Translations under genes and position numbers: made by a program
The notes under the pieces: model-generated
What the model was told of the DNA's origin: nothing
The model's input: only the letters and a program-made list of their open reading frames with translations
The model's database searches: none
Shown: positions 52,538-64,000 of the stretch, piece by piece
Layout of the letters: each line of letters starts with the position of its first letter
Numbering within the stretch: the stretch's first letter is position 1
Origin: Amoebidium appalachense
Taxonomy: Eukaryota; Protista; Ichthyosporea
DNA: 64,000 bases
Assembly: GCA_963693365.1 (NCBI GenBank)
Contig: CAVNZM010000005.1
Span: 6,145,167-6,209,166, forward strand
Reading direction: 5' to 3'

Positions 52538-54264
52538 TGGGTGGGGGATCTGGTTTTGTAGGAGAGATGAGGGTCTGCTATGTTGTGGGTTCAACTGATG
52601 AGTGTTTGCACGTTGCAAACAGGTTAGGTTCTGTTCTGTGGGTATCCAATCGCACACACCCGCAGCCAAACACGAGCTCACTCTCAATTGGGACATAGCG
52701 AACATAGAACCGAAAGATCGTCCATATTTGGCTAACGCATCCATGGTTTTAGTCTCAACGGTGACACCAGAACCGATCCCGAAACCTTCCATATATGGCT
52801 AACATATTTCCTTCTTTGGGTGGGGGTAATGTGGAACAGCACGATCCAGCGGGTGAGTGCAGCCCGGGGGGTACCGGGGGCAACTACCTGATGTATGCAA
52901 AGGCCACGTCCGGTGATCGGCCAAACAACCAAAAGTTCAGTCCGTGCAGTCTGGAGAGTATTAGGGCAGTCATCAACACAAAGGCTGCGTGCTTTACTGG
53001 TGGGTTTTGTAGGGTGTGTGTTGGGGGGGTAGGGGTGGGAGGATTGGGGTGGTGGTGGTTGGGGGGGGGGGGGGGGGGGGGGGGGAGGGGGGGTTGGTGT
53101 GGGGGGGGGGGGGGGGGGGGGGTGGTTTTGTGTCTTGGTGGTTGTTGGGGTGCTGTCTGTATGGGTACTTGATCGAAGTTCACTATTGGAGATATAGAGT
53201 GCCTTCGTCTGCTTCTGGGTAGATGGGTTCGCTTCGGCTGAAGGGGGGGAGGGGCGTGGGGGGGGGGGGCCACAAATGTCCGAACGTCCCCCACTTCATT
53301 GTGGTATTAAACAAAAAGAGGAAGTGAGAGAGAGGGAACAATTAGTGAGGTAGCATATCTGACAATAGTCCACAAGCAACTGACCACTCAAACCCTCCCT
53401 TCCTCTTCATTTTCTACACAGAGTATCCCAAGGCCGTATGTGGTAACGGCCGCAAGGAAAATGACGAAGAATGCGACTGTGGAGCAAACTGCGGCCCTGG
53501 GAGCTGCTGCGACAGCAACTGTAAGATTGTGGGCCAGTGTAGCCCCCTGGTGGGCTCATGCTGCTCGAACGAGTGCAAGTTTCTCAATGAGACAACCACG
53601 TGCAGGAAGGAGGAAGGGTGTCTGTCTGCTGGTGAGTTTTCAGGAATGTTGGTGTTTTGTGTGTGTGTGTGTGTCTGTCTGTCTGTGTGTGTGCTTGGGG
53701 GGAGGGGGGGGGGGGGGGGGGGATGCTTTGTTGTGTTATGACTGTCATTTATCGGGTGTGTTTGTGTTCGCGCTTTCTTGCTGCTTCCCAATACCCCTAT
53801 CTCCCTCCCCCTCTCCCCATCCCTCCAATGCTGCGGTTAACCCTGATAGGTTGCAATAGGTTTTTCAATTTGTTGTTATCTTTGTGCATTGAAAGGGTGT
53901 GCTGTGATTTAACCCTCCTCGTCCCTTCATCCACCCTCCCCATGCCTTTCCCTCCCCTTCCGGACCCTGTCACCCACGCACTTGTGCGCGCACACACACA
54001 CGTACACACACGTACACACACGTATACACACGTACACCCCCACACACACACAGCCAAGTGCACGGGCACAAGCGGTGAGTGCCCCGTCTCCAACCCCAAA
54101 CCCTCGGGCTCCACGTGTGGCAGCGGTGCCTTTCTGTGCAAGTCGGACGGGCAGTGTGGGTCTACGGCCCAGGACTCTGTGTGCAAGCTCTACGGGGCCA
54201 CCATGTGCTATCTGCCAAAGGCTCAGGAATGCACTGTGGGATGCAATTTTGGTGGTACGGTCCC

Positions 54265-54318
<54 letters not shown>

Positions 54319-54759
54319 GCACACGCACATACATACACCACCACCACCACATACCACCACCACCCACCCACCCCACCCCACCCCCTCCCTTCCCTGAAAA
54401 TTCAAAACAGAATCTTTGTATGGAAAGAAAAATGTGAAAGGAAAAGAAAAGGAAACATCGAGCCTTTTATTCAGGATTGAAAGAGGAGGGGGGGGGGGGG
54501 GGGGGGGGACTTCATCTTTGCTATAAATGGTAACTTTTACTTTGCGGTCTTATTCCAAAAGCACCCCTGGGATATCACCGGCGGATTAGTGTAGCGGTTA
54601 TCACCCCAGACTCTGAATCTGGAAACCCGAGTTCGAATCTCGGATCTGCCTGTTTTTTTTTTTTTCTCTTCTCCCCCCGCCCCCCTCTTTTCTCGTCCTC
54701 CCTGTTCTTCCCCTCCGCTCCTCGTCTTTCTTCGCTCTGATCTCACCCCGCTCCTCCGC

Positions 54760-54802
<43 letters not shown>

Positions 54803-55298
54803 CCCCCCCCAACAACAACTCACACGCACACACACACACACACGTACACACACACACGTGCAGACGGTGAGTGCAAGTCCACAGCCAACACTAGTGTTGT
54901 TCCAGCCACGGTCAAGCCCGCCTACTACCCGGGGGGCTACAGCTGCGGGGACAGCAAGGGGTACTGCAACGGCAATGGCACGTGTGTCCCCATTGAGAAC
55001 TCGGACCCTGTCGATGTGCTGAGGAACTTCTTCTCGAGCACAAACATTGAAAAGGTGTGTGTGGTGTTTTTGCTCCGTTTGTATGTGTTTGTATTTCATT
55101 CTTTTTTCTTGTTTTTTTTTTTTTTTTTTTTTTTTTTTGGATTGGGGGGGAGGGGGGAGGGGGGTAAGGGGCCTGCAGGCGGGAGGATTGTGTGTGTATG
55201 TTCTTGTGCATGTGCTTGTGGGTTGTCTTTCTCTCTCCCCGCTTCTCTCCTCCACCTTTTTTTTTTTTTTTTTTTTTTCTTTTGGGATCCGGAGGGGG

Positions 55299-55330
<32 letters not shown>

Positions 55331-55822
55331 GGGGTAAAAAAGTTGAAAGCCTGTGTGATGACAGCAGAATATGAGTGAGAGGAAACATGCATTAATCTGA
55401 TATCAGCCCCAACCTAATTAAAGTATCCAAGTAAGCCCAACCACATCACCTATTCATCATCTCTTCATCCTCGCACACTCCCGAAGCACACACCCAGCTT
55501 ATATGCACACGTACATGCTACACGCATACGTATATGCACACGGTAACTGTACACAAATACGTAAACACACCCGGGCACCGACACGTACTCTATACTAACG
55601 CACACGTACACACACGTACACACACGTACACACACAGATTGCGCAGGTGATCCGGGACAACTGGTACTGGTTTGTGTCTGGGGCGGTGGTGCTGATTGCA
55701 ATCATATCGGTGCTGTCGTGGCAAAGCAGGCGGCTCATTCCCCGCATGCCCCCACCAAACGTGGCTGTGGTCACACAGGTACGTGTGTGTGTGTGTGTGC
55801 ACGTGTGCGTGTGTGTGCTTTT

Positions 55823-55861
<39 letters not shown>

Positions 55862-56661
55862 TTGCATGTGTGTGGGTTGGTGGGTGAATGGGTGTGTGTG
55901 TGGAGGGTGTTTGGGTGTTTGTGTGCATGTATGTGTACGTGTACTTGTACGTGTTTGTATGTGGGTTTAAGACTTGGAAGGAGACCATCCACTCACTGTT
56001 TATATGACATGGTATTTGAGTATTCTACACCTGTTTTTGACGATCTGTCTTTTGTTGTTTTTTTGCTTTGCTTCAGGTTCTGTGTTTCCTTGCTCAACCC
56101 CCCCCCCCCCCCTCCCCCTCCCTTCCTCCTTGTGTGCTTTGCAATCTGAATGGTGCTGCCCGCCATGAGGTGTAATTCGTACTCCGAAACCCATTCTTCC
56201 CCCTTCCCCCCCCACCTCCCTCCCCTCTCTTTTCCCCACCCACACACCCACACACGCCCTTCCTTTCTGCTTGGAATTCTTGGAAACTATTTTCCCCTCC
56301 TTGCACTCCGGTGTTTTCTGGTCAGTAGCTCTGCTAGTGCGTAAGGGATCAGGATCAGGTACACATTCCTTACATTCCATTTCACATTCCACAGCAGCCA
56401 CCAGGCGTCGGACCGCCCCCCCGCCCAGAGGCACCCATTCCCTTTAACCCTTCCTCTGCGGTAGCACCCGGCGGAATTCCGGGGGCCGTTGGGGGTGAGC
56501 CCCAAGTATACAGAGAGATGACGCCTGATGAGGAGGCTAGGAAGTTAAACGAGCTGTACTGGGAGAACGAAAGGAGGAGACAGGCGGAGGCGTTGGATAT
56601 GTACAACAGACAGCACCAAGAGAGGATGGGATTGGCTAACGCAACCAGCGCACCGGTGTGA
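48394..56661 (+). CDS. ADAM10: ADAM10/ADAM17-like (Kuzbanian-type) membrane metalloprotease, ~784 aa
   Basis: 11 exons total 2355 nt: 48394-48460, 49492-49621, 50154-50275, 50835-51359, 52006-52346, 52840-52999, 53422-53631, 54054-54254, 54864-55054, 55638-55778, 56395-56661. Signal peptide, prodomain, CLAHLF...GVLGLAWV, zinc motif [10 protein letters not shown]|H, Met-turn NYLMY, KFSPCS, disintegrin CGNG...EECDCG, Cys-rich region, TM helix and Pro-rich tail. Confidence 0.92.
54580..54651 (+). tRNA. tRNA-Gln (anticodon CTG), inside ADAM intron 8
   Basis: Acceptor stem GGCGGAT/ATCTGCC, D arm, anticodon arm CCAGA-CTCTGAA-TCTGG, T arm CCGAG-TTCGAAT-CTCGG, discriminator T, followed by a long T-run. 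Confidence 0.95.
54653..54665 (+). terminator. Pol III oligo-T terminator of the tRNA
   Basis: T13 run one base after the tRNA 3' end. Confidence 0.7.
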
Positions 56662-58259
56662 TTGGTGTAAAAGGGGGTTGGGTGGTTGGGTGGAAGTCAC
56701 GGTGTATATGAAGGGCGGGTGGAGTGGAGGCCTGGATTGGCGGAGGGTTTGGGTGGGTTTGCATGCAGTTGTGTTTTTTTGGGTTCTGTCCTGGTGTTTG
56801 TTCACTCTGTCTCCACCCCCCCCCCCCCCCCCTCCCCCCCTCCCCCTCCCCCCTCCCCCCCCTTGCTCCCTGGGCGTGGTTTTCTGTGGATCCAGGTAGA
56901 GATGTGTGTTTCGGTGTGCATTTTAGAGCTCCTGGACACGCACACACACGCGGGCGCGCGCACACACACACACACGCACGCACAAGTCTCGTCAGGTGGT
57001 TTGTGCAAACTCGTATTGTATGTGCTTGGAACTCTAAAATCCATCCTTGGAATCAAGGTCGATTGTTGATATTGATGCCTTTGTTGAATTATGCTAGACA
57101 CGGCATTTGCGTTTTAGTGCTACTTAGTGAAAATGGTAGCTAAGGCCGACTTTGTGACTTTTAGGCTGTATGATTGTTGACCAATCAAACATTCTGATTC
57201 TTATTTTTGATTGATCAGCCCTGTCTTCTATCGTGATATATATTTATATGTAGAGATCGATCTTCAATCGTGATTGAAATTTGTGATCGCTTTTGGTTTG
57301 CGCTGCTGCGAGCGGTAGCGTTTGGCTTCTTTTGATTGGCTGCGGGACTTTGATGTCACGTGGCACCTACCATATTTGGCCACCAAATGTACAGAGGGGA
57401 TGGCTTATGGTAGGGGATTAGTTACCGCTGGCGGTCTTTTACCTAATTATATGAAAGGTAAATGTATGAATAATAAACCTGAACTGAAATAGTGATTATC
57501 ATTATAAACTGATGAATATTCGCTGTCTGCAAGCCAAAGTGGCCTGCAATACTTATTGCTGAGAGCAATTGCAATGCACGTGCATGGGTGTCCGTTTGTG
57601 GTTCGGATGTTTATAAACGTGCCGATCCCGGCGAACTGTCGAACCGTTCTGCTGCACGGCCATGAATTGCCGTTGATGATCATGATGATGTGGTGTAGCA
57701 GTGTGGTGACAACTTTATAGCTATAAAGGTTTCGTTTTTGATTTTCGAGTTTCGATATCGATCAGACGGTCTGACTTCATAACCCCCCCCCCCCCCCCCC
57801 ACCCCCATCCGCCCCCCCAGCTCTGCCTTTGCAGCCCTCTCCCCTGGCAATCTTTTTTTTTAATTTTTTGATTTGTATGACACACGATTGATTTGTATGA
57901 TACAAGCACATCCAAAGTTTAACACGTCTCACAGCAGCGCCCACACATCCAACATATGCATGTTACATGTGGCACTGCATGTAAGGCCCTTTCATTGTCT
58001 CTCAGTGAGCTGATACTAACTTGCGTGTGTTTGGAATACAATGACATCTATTCAATGATAATTCTTAAGGGTAGCTATGAAGACCTAAGGCACGTACACG
58101 CGTAGTATTGTTCATTCACTCACAGTCACTGTGGTGTCGCTTCTGCACGTGTACGTATACACGGAACCCTGCAGGACTGGTGACTGTATCTTAATGGTGT
58201 ATACATCACACGCACTGTGGCAAACACTGTATGAACATGATCATGAGGACGTGTGCAAA

Positions 58260-58600
58260 CCCATGCACGTACGTGTGGACCCATTCACCTGTGCACGTAC
58301 TACGACGTGTGCAACTATTCAACCGTACGTGTTCATCCATTCACCCGTGTACATATGGGTGTCCACCCATTCAATCTGAATTTCACTCATGCACGTACGC
58401 ATTTACCCATGCACGTACGTGTGTACCCATTTACCCACGCACGCACGCGTGACGCGCACCCATTCACCCACACACGTATACGTCTGCACCCATCCACCCA
58501 TGCACGTACTACGTCTGCACCCATTACCCATGCACGTACGCGTACGTCTGCATCCATCCACCCATGCGCATACGTGTGCACCTCTTCACCCATGAACGTG
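58260..58600. repeat. Degenerate ~28-32-bp minisatellite (CCCATGCACGTACGTGTGCACCCATTCA-like)
   Basis: About 10 imperfect tandem units between the convergent ADAM and DOMON genes. Confidence 0.8.
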
Positions 58601-59128
58601 ACAATGTTTGTGCACATGCACAGAGATACGAATGCATGCACAAAATACGCAGGCACTGAAAGCACAACTCGGACACACAGTCAACGTGATGACACGGTTT
58701 CAAGCTCAATCTAGATTTTATTTCCACCCCCTCGGTGGGACTGAAGGGCAGTGGCTGACCACAAGCCAATCACACTAGCGTGTTAGCGTGTTAAAAATGA
58801 AATAAAACTAAAATTAAATATCAGATGGACTTACTGCCAGCTCCGTGAGCTACACCGTGCATCGATACCTTGTCCTCCACCGTGACATCGTATTTACCAC
58901 GTAATAATGCTATATAAATAAAGTCTATGAAATTCCGCTTTGTCTATATACACTGGAGGATCAAAACTAGCTATCAAAACTACAATCGAGGGGTCCTATG
59001 TACATCGACACAATGTGTATGTGTCCGAGTGAATATCTAACAATCAAGTGATAGGTGCGGGTGTTTTTTCACTTCATTGGAAGTGGGAAAGTGCCGGGTG
59101 GGGGTCCAAATGAAATTTCAATGAAATT

Positions 59129-64000
<4,872 letters not shown>

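Noticed and set aside
52596-52730. CTGATGAG followed by a hairpin and a later GAAA..GTC in ADAM intron 5
   Set aside because: The hairpin is not followed by GAAA and no stem I pairing exists; at most a decayed or chance match.

Overview
Eukaryotic genomic DNA with many introns; almost the whole supplied ORF track is microsatellite noise. The lineage is inferred to be holozoan-like with a working minor spliceosome. Five spliced genes can be reconstructed by hand: the 3' part of an OCRL/INPP5B inositol 5-phosphatase (+, with two AT-AC U12-type introns), GCFC2/PAXBP1 (-), proteasome beta-7 PSMB4 (+, head-to-head with GCFC2), an ADAM10/17-like sheddase (+, with an intronic tRNA-Gln) and the 3' part of a multi-DOMON/cytochrome b561 reductase (-). 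Between OCRL and GCFC2 lies a pogo-family DD35D transposon (TA TSD, 24-bp TIRs). It carries a nested P element (8-bp TSD, 36-bp TIRs) that is internally deleted and has its catalytic exons inverted. The most unusual signal is a non-coding interspersed repeat family of about 12 copies. All copies are intronic and sense to the host gene, and most abut poly-C tracts. Two subfamilies share a ~160-nt core that folds into a multi-stem, pseudoknotted RNA with compensatory base changes. About 20 of 50 splice acceptors have (CA)n in place of a polypyrimidine tract.
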